In this document: piece after piece, positions 36,968 to 46,834 of the stretch
Layout of the letters: every line of letters begins with the position of its first letter
Position numbering within the stretch: position 1 is the stretch's first letter
DNA from: Candidatus Uhrbacteria bacterium
Lineage (GTDB): Bacteria > Patescibacteriota > Patescibacteriia > SG8-24
Direction of reading: 5' to 3'
Assembly (NCBI GenBank): GCA_016929435.1
Contig: JAFGIV010000013.1
Coordinates: 15,822 to 79,821 of the forward strand
Length of the DNA: 64,000 nucleotides
Translations under genes and position numbers: made by a program
The notes under the pieces: model-generated
Database searches by the model: none
What the model was told of the DNA's origin: nothing
Seen by the model: the letters and a program-made list of their open reading frames with translations, nothing else

Positions 36968-38179
36968 ATGAAAGTCACGACCGACCCAATAAAGACAGAG
37001 GCCCTCCTGACCCGGCGGGTGGAGGAGGTGGTGGTAAGGGAATCCCTGGCCGCCAAGCTCGCTTCCGGCAGGCAGCTGACCGTGAAGATGGGTTTTGACC
37101 CGACTGCCCCGGACATCCATTTGGGGCACAGCATCGGTTTGAGGAAACTGCAGGAGTTCATGGACCTGGGCCACAGGGCGGTGATGATCATCGGGGACTA
37201 TACCACCCTGATCGGGGATCCGTCCGGCAAGTCCAAGACCCGCCCGATGCTGACGCCGGAGGAGATCGAGGCCAACGCCAAGACCTACCTGGAACAGGCC
37301 GGAAAGGTCCTGGATGTCGAAAGGCTGGAGATTCGGCGCAACAGCGAGTGGTTTTCCAGGATGGATTTCCTGGACATCCTGAAGCTGGCCGGAAAGTTCA
37401 CCGTCGCCCGGATGATCGAACGGGAGGATTTCCGCAGTCGGATGGCGTCCGGGACGGACATCGGCCTGCACGAGCTGCTTTACCCGATGATGCAGGCCTA
37501 CGATTCCGTGATGGTCCAGGCCGACGCGGAATTGGGGGGCACGGATCAGCGCTTCAACATCCTGGTCGGCCGGGACCTTCAGAGGAAAATGGGGATGCCG
37601 CAGCAGGATGCGGTGTTCCTGGGGCCGATCCTGGCGGGTACGGACGGTGTCCAGAAGATGTCGAAGTCTCTCGGCAACTACATCGGCGTGTCCGAAGCGC
37701 CGGAGGAGATGTACGGGAAGACGATGTCGATTCCGGACAGCGTCATGTGGGACTGGTTCCTGGCGGTGACCGACGTGCCGGAACAGGAGGTCAGGGAGAT
37801 TCGGGAGGCCTGTGACCGGGGGGAAATGAACCCGCGGGAGGCCAAGGCCCGCCTGGCCCGAGAAATCGTCCTGACCTACCACGGGGAAGCGATAGCCGCC
37901 CGGGCGGAAGAGCATTTCAACCGGACTGTCCGGAATCGGGAGTTGCCGGAGGAGATCGGGGAGTTCGTTGTTCCGGCCGGTAAACACGGCCTGATCGATC
38001 TGCTGTTCGGGTCCGGTTTGGCGCCGTCCAAGACCGAGGCCCGGAGGCTGATCCAGCAGGGCGGGATCAGGATCGACGGAAAGGCCGTCGGGGACATCGA
38101 TACGGTCGTCGAGATCGGCGGTAACCCCGTCATTATCCAGAAGGGCAAGCGGGGATACCGGCGGATAACGGCCGGTTAG
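36968..38179 (+). CDS. tyrS: Tyrosine--tRNA ligase
   Basis: GFDPTAPDIHLGH, QAYDS, GGTDQ, KMSKS, C-terminal S4 domain. Confidence 0.97.
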   Translation: MKVTTDPIKTEALLTRRVEEVVVRESLAAKLASGRQLTVKMGFDPTAPDIHLGHSIGLRKLQEFMDLGHRAVMIIGDYTTLIGDPSGKSKTRPMLTPEEIEANAKTYLEQAGKVLDVERLEIRRNSEWFSRMDFLDILKLAGKFTVARMIEREDFRSRMASGTDIGLHELLYPMMQAYDSVMVQADAELGGTDQRFNILVGRDLQRKMGMPQQDAVFLGPILAGTDGVQKMSKSLGNYIGVSEAPEEMYGKTMSIPDSVMWDWFLAVTDVPEQEVREIREACDRGEMNPREAKARLAREIVLTYHGEAIAARAEEHFNRTVRNRELPEEIGEFVVPAGKHGLIDLLFGSGLAPSKTEARRLIQQGGIRIDGKAVGDIDTVVEIGGNPVIIQKGKRGYRRITAG

Positions 38180-38391
38180 CGGACCTGTCAGGGGGTTTTA
38201 TTGCGGATCTCACCAGATCCATGTCGGCTAAATAGCAGGCAGGCGCACGAAGACAGGGGGGAGAATCCCGGTTCACCGGAGAAGGTTGGGCGAAGTTCGC
38301 ATGACACGCAAGCCCGCAGCGCAAAAGGGGCAAATAGTTCGGATAATGACGAGTTAAGTGAAATAATTTTTGGGCTATAACCTTTAAAAAC

Positions 38392-38895
38392 ATGAGTTAC
38401 TACATAATCATTCGAGGCCCGTTAGGAAGCGGTAAATCAACGATATCCGAGAAACTCGCTCAAATTCTTGACGCAAAATACATTGGAATGGACGAGGTGC
38501 TCGAAAAGCATGGCCTTGATAAAATGCCGCCTGACGCACCTTGCATACCAGCGGAAAATTTTATAAAAGCAAATGAAATCGTACTGCCAGAAGTAAAAAA
38601 ATTACTTACAGGCGGCAAGATCGTTATTTTTGATGCCTGCTTTTATCATAAGGAAGTGATCGAGCACCTCGTCCAAAACCTTGAAATGCCGCACTACATT
38701 TTTACGCTTAAAGCACCATTGGAACTCTGCATAAAAAGAGATAGTGAACGAAGCAAAACTCTTGGTGAAGGTGCGGCAGGGGCTGTCCATTCGCTCGTTT
38801 CCCGGTTCGACTACGGCAATATTGTTGATGTTACAGGGGGCCTCGAAGACGCAATAAAAGATATTCTTTCTTTCCTACCGATGCCCAAAAATTAA
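38392..38895 (+). CDS. P-loop kinase/AAA family protein (low GC)
   Basis: IIIRGPLGSGKST Walker A, IVIFD, LKAPLELCIKRD. Confidence 0.8.
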   Translation: MSYYIIIRGPLGSGKSTISEKLAQILDAKYIGMDEVLEKHGLDKMPPDAPCIPAENFIKANEIVLPEVKKLLTGGKIVIFDACFYHKEVIEHLVQNLEMPHYIFTLKAPLELCIKRDSERSKTLGEGAAGAVHSLVSRFDYGNIVDVTGGLEDAIKDILSFLPMPKN

Positions 38896-38898
38896 ATT

Positions 38899-39024
38899 AC
38901 TTAACAGCGTGTATGCGGTTCCGTTCGTCGTCGCACCTTATCTTCACTGCACCCATATTTGTTGGTGATTGCGCTTCGCACTATTATTTCACCCGCAAAC
39001 ATCGCTTATATCTGGCCGTCGGGC
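38899..39024 (+). other. Candidate attC-like recombination site
   Basis: Starts with RYYYAAC (ACTTAAC) right after the stop, complementary to GTTAAGT at 38353-38359; ends at degenerate GTCGGGC. Confidence 0.5.
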
Positions 39025-39084
39025 GCAATTTCGCTCCGCCCCCCAAAACGATTATAATTTTAAGGGAATGAAATTTTGATTTTT

Positions 39085-40059
39085 ATGAATCCAGAAATGT
39101 CCCACGGCATTGAACGACCCGAATCACGGCAGGAGGGTTCGGTCGTTCTTGACGCCCTGTCTTTCGAGTTTTGCGGGGATGATTTGGTGCGTGACTTTTA
39201 CGGTAAAAAATTGCGAGAGATGGAAGATTACACAAAATGGCTGGAGGACAGCAGGGAAAATTTAGAACAGAACAGGGAGAAAATAGCCAAGGCCGTGGAA
39301 GACGGCCTGCTCAATGACCCCGAACCAGAAACAATTTGGAAATTTCAGGCCGATAAGGCGAGGGAGAGTCAGGAGAAGGTGTTGGCGATAAAAAAGGAGA
39401 TAGAAAGTAGAATCAAAGAAATTAGGGACGAAACGGGGAGAAGATTGGGCAAATTTCTCCCCGATTGGTTTCCCGGTGAGGCAAGAATCACCTTCACCAT
39501 GAACGAAAAAGCCGATTTTTGCGTTGAAGGCGAAACCGTAACCGTAGATTTGGGACGACTGTCGTTTGAGCAAAACCCGGTCGAAAAAGTGAAGGAAGGT
39601 CTGGCACACGAAGTTTTTCATCTTTGGATGAAGGAGAAAAACAAGCGGCCTGACCCTGAGCGGAGCGATGAAACTGACGATGACCTAAAAAACCAAATCA
39701 TATCCCGAACCGTCGATGAGGGTCTGGCGGTTTTGGTGAGCGGACAATCCTTGGCGGAGCATCACCAAAAACAGGGACGAGACTATCAAGAGTACATTGC
39801 GGAGTCATTTGAATTCTTCAGGGAATTTTTAGCGCAGGATGACGGAGCGGAGCTGGAAAAAATCAACGAGAAGGAATTCAGGAACATGGGACATTTTTAT
39901 GTGGTCGGCAATGAAATCGCGGCGGCTGTCCTGCGGCAGGACGGCATGGAAAAATTTAGGGGACAAATCGTTGAGGCAAGAGACAACCCGCCCGTGTTTT
40001 TGGGGAGATACAGGAAGATTTGCGGAAAAAACGCAGGTTTGCATAAAATCGATCCATAA
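39085..40059 (+). CDS. Putative Zn-dependent protease (HEXXH, DUF2268/DUF5700-like)
   Basis: LAHEVFH, downstream DEGLAV and FYVVG. Confidence 0.65.
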   Translation: MNPEMSHGIERPESRQEGSVVLDALSFEFCGDDLVRDFYGKKLREMEDYTKWLEDSRENLEQNREKIAKAVEDGLLNDPEPETIWKFQADKARESQEKVLAIKKEIESRIKEIRDETGRRLGKFLPDWFPGEARITFTMNEKADFCVEGETVTVDLGRLSFEQNPVEKVKEGLAHEVFHLWMKEKNKRPDPERSDETDDDLKNQIISRTVDEGLAVLVSGQSLAEHHQKQGRDYQEYIAESFEFFREFLAQDDGAELEKINEKEFRNMGHFYVVGNEIAAAVLRQDGMEKFRGQIVEARDNPPVFLGRYRKICGKNAGLHKIDP

Positions 40060-40293
40060 AAATAATTTTGCCCGAATGGTGTCCGCTATCGTTCGTTAAT
40101 CTGTCGGCGTTAGCCAATGCGGCATATCCGGTTACGGCTTTCGTCCGAAAGCCTCCATCCATATTTTATTTCGCCCCGCCCGACCGTCGCCCGCGCGGCA
40201 TGCCGGCCCGGTGGCCCCGCCGTCGCCCCGCCGCGATCGCACAAACGCCGCCCCTTATCGGAAATGATTTAGCCGCCTAATCTTACTGACAAT

Positions 40294-40905
40294 ATGGAAA
40301 AAGAAGATTTTACGTCGATTGGAATCTGCTTTTCGTGCGGGGTGCGCAAACGAAACGGTAAGGATGTTCTGGCTTGGGATACGCGAGCCAGGACCGATAG
40401 GGCATTCATCCTATACAAACTTGGATATATCAGCAAAATCCTCTGTACCGGGGGCATATTCCAAAAGGGGCAGCAGGTTCCGATCGCCGAATTAATGAAA
40501 GGTTACCTGACAGGAAAGGGCGTGCCCAAAAACGACATTCTAATCGAGACCAGATCCGTGGAAACCGTAGAGAACATAAAATTTTCCCTCTTATTACTGA
40601 AAAAAAGAAATATTCTCAAAAATCTCAAAAATGCCGAGCAGTTGCGCTTGGTTTTGATTAGCGAACCGAATCATTTGCGCCGTATAGAGATTATCGCCCG
40701 TGCTTATTTGGAAAGACACAAAATAGGCAAATTCGTGCCCTTGCTACTCGATCCGGTCCATTACCATATTTCTGAAAAAACCAGGCACGAAGAGGACGCA
40801 ATGCTGTACCATACGGCCCTTGATCCGCTTGGTGAGGGTGAGATTTTTGAAAAAATTAGACAGGAAAGACGTCAGGCCCTTGGCAAAAGACACGGTTCAC
40901 GTTAA
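40294..40905 (+). CDS. YdcF/DUF218 family protein
   Basis: ILCTGG, AELMKGYL..KGVP..DILIE.RS.ETVENI, ISEPNHLRR. Confidence 0.85.
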   Translation: MEKEDFTSIGICFSCGVRKRNGKDVLAWDTRARTDRAFILYKLGYISKILCTGGIFQKGQQVPIAELMKGYLTGKGVPKNDILIETRSVETVENIKFSLLLLKKRNILKNLKNAEQLRLVLISEPNHLRRIEIIARAYLERHKIGKFVPLLLDPVHYHISEKTRHEEDAMLYHTALDPLGEGEIFEKIRQERRQALGKRHGSR

Positions 40906-40974
40906 CGTGTCGGTGTCTTTGAAAAATGACGTCCGCCGAACGGTGGCGTCCAAAATCCCCCACAGGAGGAAAAA

Positions 40975-41376
40975 ATGACGGTACAATTCAGGAAAACATT
41001 AGATACCCTGCTCTCGTTCAACGAAGGAAGGCCTATAAGGGTTGGAGTTCGGGGATCAAGAGAGTATCTAAACGCAATATTGGGCTATTTTCGAGATAGA
41101 TCATTTATCGTCTCTGAACAGGGATCGGTTCGTGATCTCGGGAATGCCTTTCCCATTCCCGAAAACATACCAGATACAGCCCCCGGATATGTAGTCGTGG
41201 TTGATTCAAGGGGTGCTTGGGACAATCACACGATGAATAAGGGAATCCTAACGGCCAATCTGGGAATCTCTGATGGTCAAAACGCCGTTTTTATCTCATG
41301 GACCTCTGATCTCAACGAAACTTCAGGAGGTGGGGCGGAATGGGACACCTCTTTTCTTGAGGGTATTAACCAGTAG
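40975..41376 (+). CDS. Hypothetical protein (low GC)
   Basis: 133-aa ORF with CAGGAGG SD; terminator AAAATCGCCTT/GGGGCGATTTT follows. Confidence 0.7.
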   Translation: MTVQFRKTLDTLLSFNEGRPIRVGVRGSREYLNAILGYFRDRSFIVSEQGSVRDLGNAFPIPENIPDTAPGYVVVVDSRGAWDNHTMNKGILTANLGISDGQNAVFISWTSDLNETSGGGAEWDTSFLEGINQ

Positions 41377-41512
41377 CTCCTGCCGCCATCCCCAAAAAAA
41401 TCGCCTTGACCGGGGCGATTTTCTGTTCCCCCCGCCGCCAGGTTCCGGAGGTTCGGATATCCGGCATAATCTGGTATAATACCATTGCAGGATAACTCAA
41501 ATACCATTCGGG

Positions 41513-42583
41513 ATGTCCAATTTCAGTTCAGCGGAATTGACCATAATCGGCGCTTTCGGGGCGGTCTTTCTGGCTTTCCTGACGATTCACCCCTACCGTC
41601 GCCGGCTTTTCGGTTGGCGGATCGCGGCGGTGGAGGCGTTCGCCTTCGCCCTGGTCATGATCAACTTCACGGAAATGGTGATGTCCAGGGACAGCGGGCA
41701 GTTTACGGTCCGGACGGTCCTGTTTACGGTTTCGGCCATCGCCGGAACCCTCCTGGTCCGGAGCGTGGTCGCGGAGATGGAAACCCACCGGAAAGTGAAG
41801 GCCCTGGCGGTTCGGCTGAACAGGATGAACCGCGAGCTGCGCCGGATGGACGAGATGAGGAGCGAATTCGTTTCCGTCGCCTCCCACCAGCTGCGGACCC
41901 CGGTTTCGGTCATCAGGGGATACCTTTCCCTCATCAAGGACGGGGCGTTCGGGAAGCTGGAGGGGGACCTGCAGGACAAGATGGAGCAGATATACGACAT
42001 AAACGAACGGCTGGTCCTTTTGATCAACAACCTGCTCAACGTCTCCCGGATAGAGAAGGACGCCGCCCAGTTCTGGTGTTCGGAGGTGAACCTTCCGGAG
42101 ATCATCCGCCGGACGGTGGACAGCATGGGGTTTCGGATCCGCGGAAAGGGGCTGACGCTTGATTTCGTTGATCCGGAAGCCGGAGTGCCCAATGTCTTCG
42201 CCGACCCGGAACGTCTGACCGAGGTGATCGTCAACCTGATCGATAACGCCGTAAAGTACACCTATTCCGGTTCCGTGACGGTGAGCGTTTCGGAGGGGGA
42301 GGACGGGTCGTCGGTCATCGTCCGGGTGAAGGACACCGGCATCGGCATGGACCCGCAGGACATGCACCACGTGTTCCAGAAATACTACCGTCCCCACCGC
42401 CCGACCGACGAGCACCAATCCGGACTGAATCTGGGTTTGGGGCTGTATGTCTGCGCCCGCTTCCTGGAAAGCATGGGCGGGAAGATTTGGGTGGAGTCGA
42501 CGGAACCGGGGAAGGGGACCACCGTCGCTTTTTCCCTGCCGGTCCGTCCGGGCGGGGTCTGCGTCCCCACGGAGGGAAAGTGA
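41513..42583 (+). CDS. Sensor histidine kinase (HisKA + HATPase), no adjacent response regulator
   Basis: ASHQLRTP H-box, NLIDNAVKYT, DTGIG, GLGLY, GKGT; N-terminal TM helices. Confidence 0.92.
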   Translation: MSNFSSAELTIIGAFGAVFLAFLTIHPYRRRLFGWRIAAVEAFAFALVMINFTEMVMSRDSGQFTVRTVLFTVSAIAGTLLVRSVVAEMETHRKVKALAVRLNRMNRELRRMDEMRSEFVSVASHQLRTPVSVIRGYLSLIKDGAFGKLEGDLQDKMEQIYDINERLVLLINNLLNVSRIEKDAAQFWCSEVNLPEIIRRTVDSMGFRIRGKGLTLDFVDPEAGVPNVFADPERLTEVIVNLIDNAVKYTYSGSVTVSVSEGEDGSSVIVRVKDTGIGMDPQDMHHVFQKYYRPHRPTDEHQSGLNLGLGLYVCARFLESMGGKIWVESTEPGKGTTVAFSLPVRPGGVCVPTEGK

Positions 42584-42702
42584 GGACGACAGGCCCGATT
42601 CAGCGCCTTTTCGTTTGACGGCAGCCTTGGGGGGCTGTAAAATTCCTGGGAATAACAAACAGGGGAGAAAGCCTTCCCCTGCGGATTTAATAATCCCGGT
42701 CT

Positions 42703-43209
42703 ATGTTTCAAAAGAGCAACCCTATGTCCAACAAGGAAAATTCCGGCAATGAGGCCGAAACCGTAATCGCCGCCTCCGTTAGGGTGGAGGGCGACTTCGC
42801 CAGCCAGGGCAATGTCCTGATCGAGGGAACGGTAGAGGGGAGCCTGCGGACCGAAAGGAACCTGCGGGTCGGGGAAAGGGCCAACATCAGCGCCGATGTC
42901 TTTGCCGCCAACGCCTCCGTGGCCGGGGAGATCACCGGAAACATCACCGTTTCCGAGCGCCTGGAGCTTGAGCCGACCGCCCGGATCCACGGCGACATCA
43001 GGACAAAGTCGCTTGTGGTCGCCAATGGGGCGATGGTCGAGGGGCGCATATCGATGGAACAGAAGGCCGAGGGCGGGGCTGCGGATAGGGGGAAAGCCAA
43101 GGCTTCCGTCAGGGAAACGGCGGGAATCCGGACGGAGGGTTCCGAAAAGGCTGGGGTGACGGAAGAAGAGACGAGTCGGGAGAGGGTAACGGCCGCTTTC
43201 GGGCGGTAA
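42703..43209 (+). CDS. Bactofilin (polymer-forming cytoskeletal protein)
   Basis: ETVIAASVRVEGDF...IEGTVEG...AGEITGNI...IHGDI...GAMVEGRISM beta-helix pattern. Confidence 0.9.
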   Translation: MFQKSNPMSNKENSGNEAETVIAASVRVEGDFASQGNVLIEGTVEGSLRTERNLRVGERANISADVFAANASVAGEITGNITVSERLELEPTARIHGDIRTKSLVVANGAMVEGRISMEQKAEGGAADRGKAKASVRETAGIRTEGSEKAGVTEEETSRERVTAAFGR

Positions 43210-43275
43210 CCGGCCCGAACATCCCGGATCGGCAGCGAGCCGCAGCGGCTCGCTGCCTGTGATTGAGTTTTTGAG

Positions 43276-44049
43276 ATGTATTACTTCATCTACGACAGTT
43301 ACCTGAATGACCGCAAGTACGGCCGGACAATGGCGGCCGTGGAGACGCGGCTGACCGACTTGGGCCTTTCCGGAAGAATCGGCCGCTTGGGGGCCTTCAC
43401 CAACGCCCGGGGGCTGGTCAGGGACGAGGTCAGGAAGGGCATCAATACGATTGTCGTGGTCGGGAACGACGAGACCGTCGCCAAGGTGGTTTCCGGCATC
43501 GGTGAGGCCGAGGTGACCCTTGGGATAATTCCGGTCGGGCAGCCGAACGGGATCGCCAGGGCCCTGGGCATACCGCCGGCGGAGGAGGCCTGCGACGTCC
43601 TGTCCCGTCGGGTAACGCAGAGGGTGGACCTGGGCAGTTTGAACGGCCAGCTTTTCCTGTCCGAGGTGAGGGTTCCCCCCGGCAGGCACACGGTCGAGAT
43701 CGAGGGCCGGTATCGGGTTTTCCCGGAAACCGACAACTGCGAGCTGGTGATAAGCAACATGAAGGGTTTCGGGATGCTGCCGAGCGGGTCCTCCAGGGAG
43801 TTGGGCGATCCCCAGGACGGGGTCTTGGACATGATGATCATCCCGGTCCGGTCCGGGAAATGGCTTCCCGGTTCCCGGGACGGCGGTTCCACCCTGATCC
43901 CGATCCGGCGGATGGTCATTCGGGGCGACGAGGACTTCGACGCGTCAGTCGATACCGTCAGGGTGACGGGAAAGGAGATGACGATTGAGGTGGTGCCGAA
44001 CCGCCTTAAGGTCATCGCCGGCCGGGGGCGGGTTTTCGGGGAAGTCTAG
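43276..44049 (+). CDS. Diacylglycerol kinase catalytic domain-like protein (degenerate motif)
   Basis: IVVVGNDET (in place of GGDGT), LGIIPVG.PNGIARALGI, VDLG, DGVLD. Confidence 0.75.
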   Translation: MYYFIYDSYLNDRKYGRTMAAVETRLTDLGLSGRIGRLGAFTNARGLVRDEVRKGINTIVVVGNDETVAKVVSGIGEAEVTLGIIPVGQPNGIARALGIPPAEEACDVLSRRVTQRVDLGSLNGQLFLSEVRVPPGRHTVEIEGRYRVFPETDNCELVISNMKGFGMLPSGSSRELGDPQDGVLDMMIIPVRSGKWLPGSRDGGSTLIPIRRMVIRGDEDFDASVDTVRVTGKEMTIEVVPNRLKVIAGRGRVFGEV

Positions 44050-44053
44050 CCGT

Positions 44054-44082
44054 TTGCCAAAACGCCGGTCGGTTGCTATGAT
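44054..44082 (+). promoter_or_regulatory. Promoter for tRNA-Val
   Basis: TTGCCA-17 bp-TATGAT with TG extension. Confidence 0.55.
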
Positions 44083-44103
44083 TCCAGCGCAATTTGCGGT
44101 TTC

Positions 44104-44180
44104 GGGCGTGTAGCTCAGCTGGTTAGAGCGCTGTCCTCACACGACAGAGGCCACTGGTTCGAACCCAGTCACGCCCACCA
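44104..44180 (+). tRNA. tRNA-Val(CAC)
   Basis: GGGCGTGTAGCTCAGCTGGTTAGAGC-GCTGTC-CTCACAC-GACAG...GGTTCGAACCC...CCA. Confidence 0.94.
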
Positions 44181-44215
44181 TGATTTTTTTTCGTTAAACC
44201 TTAGCCAGTCGGGCC

Positions 44216-44842
44216 ATGGACACGGATCCCCAAAAATACGCCGACATTCCCGGCGGGGAAGGGGGCGGGACCGAAAGGAAAGGGACTTTCGGGGCGGTTT
44301 TGGAGTTCGTCGGCGAGTTGGTCCACGTCATACTGATATCCCTGGCCATCATCGTCCCGATCCGGTATTTCCTGATCCAGCCGTTCTACGTCAAGGGGGC
44401 ATCGATGGAGCCGAGCTTCTATGACCACGAATACCTGATCATCGACGAGATCAGCTACCGGTTCGGCGACCCGAACCGGGGCGACATCGTCGTTTTTCGG
44501 TACCCGAACGACCCCAGGCAGTTTTTCATCAAGCGGGTAATTGGCCTGCCGGGGGAACGGGTGGTGATAGGCGGCGGTCAGGTGACCATCTACGGCAACG
44601 GCGATGCGGAAGGGAAGGTGCTGGACGAAGGCGCCTATCTGGGGACCGCCATAACCGTGGGGAACAGGGACGTCACCCTGGCCGAGGACGAATTTTTCCT
44701 GATGGGGGACAACCGTTCCGCCAGCCTTGATTCCCGGGTGTTCGGGGCCGTCTCCAGGGACTTCATCGTCGGTCGGGTATGGTTCAGGGGTTGGCCGCCG
44801 GAAAAGATCCGTTTCTTCGGTTCCGAAAACGCCCTGGAATAA
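44216..44842 (+). CDS. lepB: Signal peptidase I
   Basis: GASMEP, RGDIVVF, FIKRVIGLPGE, GDNR..SLDSR. Confidence 0.95.
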   Translation: MDTDPQKYADIPGGEGGGTERKGTFGAVLEFVGELVHVILISLAIIVPIRYFLIQPFYVKGASMEPSFYDHEYLIIDEISYRFGDPNRGDIVVFRYPNDPRQFFIKRVIGLPGERVVIGGGQVTIYGNGDAEGKVLDEGAYLGTAITVGNRDVTLAEDEFFLMGDNRSASLDSRVFGAVSRDFIVGRVWFRGWPPEKIRFFGSENALE

Positions 44843-44873
44843 TTTTTTCGTCTATTTTTTTCCGAAAAGGCAT

Positions 44874-46334
44874 ATGGCAACCAAACCCAAGAAACCGATC
44901 GCCAAAGCCAAGGCGGCGACTCGAAAGGAAAAACCCCGGAAGGAACCGGTTCAAAGGCCGGTCCAGAAAAAGAAGCCGGCCGTGAAGGATCCGCCGGCCA
45001 GGAAGGTTGCGCCCAAGGAGGAGCCGGCGGAAGAAAACGCGGCAGCGGCGACCAAGGCCGTTCGGATTCCGCAGCTGCTCCGGGGCATGCGCGACATCCT
45101 TCCGTCCGAACAGCGGTATTGGCGCCATGTCGTCCGGAAGATGGAGGAGATAGCCCTGGCCTACGGGTACGAGAGGATCGACACCCCTGTCCTGGAGGAG
45201 ACTTCCCTGTTCGTCCGTTCCGTCGGCAAGCAGAGCGATGTCGTTGAGAAGGAGCTGTTCACCTTCACGGACCGGAGCGGGGACAGCGTTTCCCTCCGTC
45301 CGGAGGGTACCGCCTCCGTGGCCCGGGCCTACATAAACCATGGCATGGTCAACCTGCCGCAGCCGGTGAAGATGTTTTACGTCGGATCGATGTTCCGTTA
45401 CGAGCGTCCCCAAGCCGGCCGTTTCCGCGAGCATCACCAGTTCGGCCTGGAGGTCTTGGGTGAGGGCAGCCCGGTAATCGATGCCGAGCTGATCATGCTG
45501 TCCCACCTGCTCTACCGCGACATAGGCATCAAGACCGTGGCGCACGTGAACAGCATCGGCTGCTCCAACTGCCGCCAGGCATACCTGGAGCGCTTGACTG
45601 ACTTCTATCGGCCGAGACGCTCCCGTCTCTGCGAGGACTGCCGGCGTAGGCTGCTGAAGAATCCCCTGCGCCTGTTGGACTGCAAGGAGCCTTCATGCGT
45701 GGCCGCCCGCGAGGAGGTGCCGCATATCGTCGACTACCTCTGTGAGGAATGCAAGAACCACCTGACCAGGGTCCTGGAATACCTGGATGAGATGGGCGTT
45801 CCGTATGTCCTCAACCCGCACCTGGTCCGCGGCCTGGACTACTATACCCGGACGGTATTCGAGCTCATGCAGTCCGACGAGCAGTCCGCCGGACAGCACT
45901 CCCTGGCCGGGGGCGGCCGTTACGACAACCTCCTGGAACAGCTCGGCGGGAGTCCGACTCCGGCCTGCGGCTTCTCCATTGGCGTGGAACGGGCCATCCT
46001 GCAGATGAAGGCCCTGGACCTGCAGCCGGTTTCCGACCTGCAGCCCGACGTCTTCCTGGCCCAGTTGGGCGATACGGCCCGCCGGAAGGCCTTGATCCTG
46101 TTCGAGAGCCTTCGGAATTCCGGGATCCGGACCTCCGCCACCTTTTCCAAGAGCGCCCTGAAGGGCCAGTTGGAGGCCGCCAACCGGTTGGGGGCCAGGT
46201 ATACGGTCATTATCGGGCAGAAGGAAGTGATCGACGGGACGGTGCTTGTCCGGGACATGGAGTCCGGAATGCAGGAAGTGGTCGATTTCACCAAGGCCGT
46301 AGCGGAGATGAGGAAGAAACTGAGCCGCATGTAG
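44874..46334 (+). CDS. hisS: Histidine--tRNA ligase (copy 2, canonical bacterial type) with Lys/Pro/Ala-rich N-terminal extension
   Basis: RGMRDILP, LRPEGTA, FRYERPQAGRFREHHQ, LVRGLDYYT, GGGRYD; ATG at 44874. Confidence 0.95.
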   Translation: MATKPKKPIAKAKAATRKEKPRKEPVQRPVQKKKPAVKDPPARKVAPKEEPAEENAAAATKAVRIPQLLRGMRDILPSEQRYWRHVVRKMEEIALAYGYERIDTPVLEETSLFVRSVGKQSDVVEKELFTFTDRSGDSVSLRPEGTASVARAYINHGMVNLPQPVKMFYVGSMFRYERPQAGRFREHHQFGLEVLGEGSPVIDAELIMLSHLLYRDIGIKTVAHVNSIGCSNCRQAYLERLTDFYRPRRSRLCEDCRRRLLKNPLRLLDCKEPSCVAAREEVPHIVDYLCEECKNHLTRVLEYLDEMGVPYVLNPHLVRGLDYYTRTVFELMQSDEQSAGQHSLAGGGRYDNLLEQLGGSPTPACGFSIGVERAILQMKALDLQPVSDLQPDVFLAQLGDTARRKALILFESLRNSGIRTSATFSKSALKGQLEAANRLGARYTVIIGQKEVIDGTVLVRDMESGMQEVVDFTKAVAEMRKKLSRM

Positions 46335-46441
46335 GCGGATTTACGGGAATGGGTACGGAAAACCCGTTCGGATTGCCGGGCGGGTTTTTTGTTGTCCCGA
46401 AGACAGGCCGTCAATAAGCCAAAAACGAGGTCGGGAGGCTG

Positions 46442-46470
46442 TTGACTGTGTCGGATTCGGTTGCTATAGT
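46442..46470 (+). promoter_or_regulatory. Promoter for rpsU
   Basis: TTGACT-17 bp-TATAGT with TG extension, after a terminator at ~46358-46390. Confidence 0.6.
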
Positions 46471-46533
46471 GCTGTTAGGCAAGAGTCGAGTTTAGGGGAG
46501 GCCTAATTTAAGCCTGAAAGGAGGTCGAGGAAT

Positions 46534-46782
46534 GTGTCGGAAGTGAAACGCAAGAAAGGCGAAAGCTTCGAGAGTCTGTTGCGCCGGTTCAGCCGAAAGG
46601 TTCAGGAGAGCGGGCGGGTTTTTCAGGCTAGGAAGATTCGTTTCAAGAGCGAAAACAAGAGCAAGACGGCCACCCGCGAGGCGGCCCTTCGGCGGGAATA
46701 CCTTCGGTCCAAGCGGGAATACCTGATAAAGACCGGCCAGGCCACGGAAGAGGATTTCCAGAAAAAACGGCGTCACCGTTAG
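46534..46782 (+). CDS. rpsU: 30S ribosomal protein S21
   Basis: EVKRKKGESFESLLRRFSRKV; AAAGGAGG SD; precedes yqeY. Confidence 0.85.
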   Translation: MSEVKRKKGESFESLLRRFSRKVQESGRVFQARKIRFKSENKSKTATREAALRREYLRSKREYLIKTGQATEEDFQKKRRHR

Positions 46783-46834
46783 GTGGATCGCCGGTTAAGA
46801 GGTCGGTCATGCCCATGCCCGACCGGTTGCCAAC

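Noticed and set aside
40894-40913. CACGTTAACGTG palindrome as a parS site
   Set aside because: Does not fit TGTTTCACGTGAAACA; no convincing parS was seen near parAB
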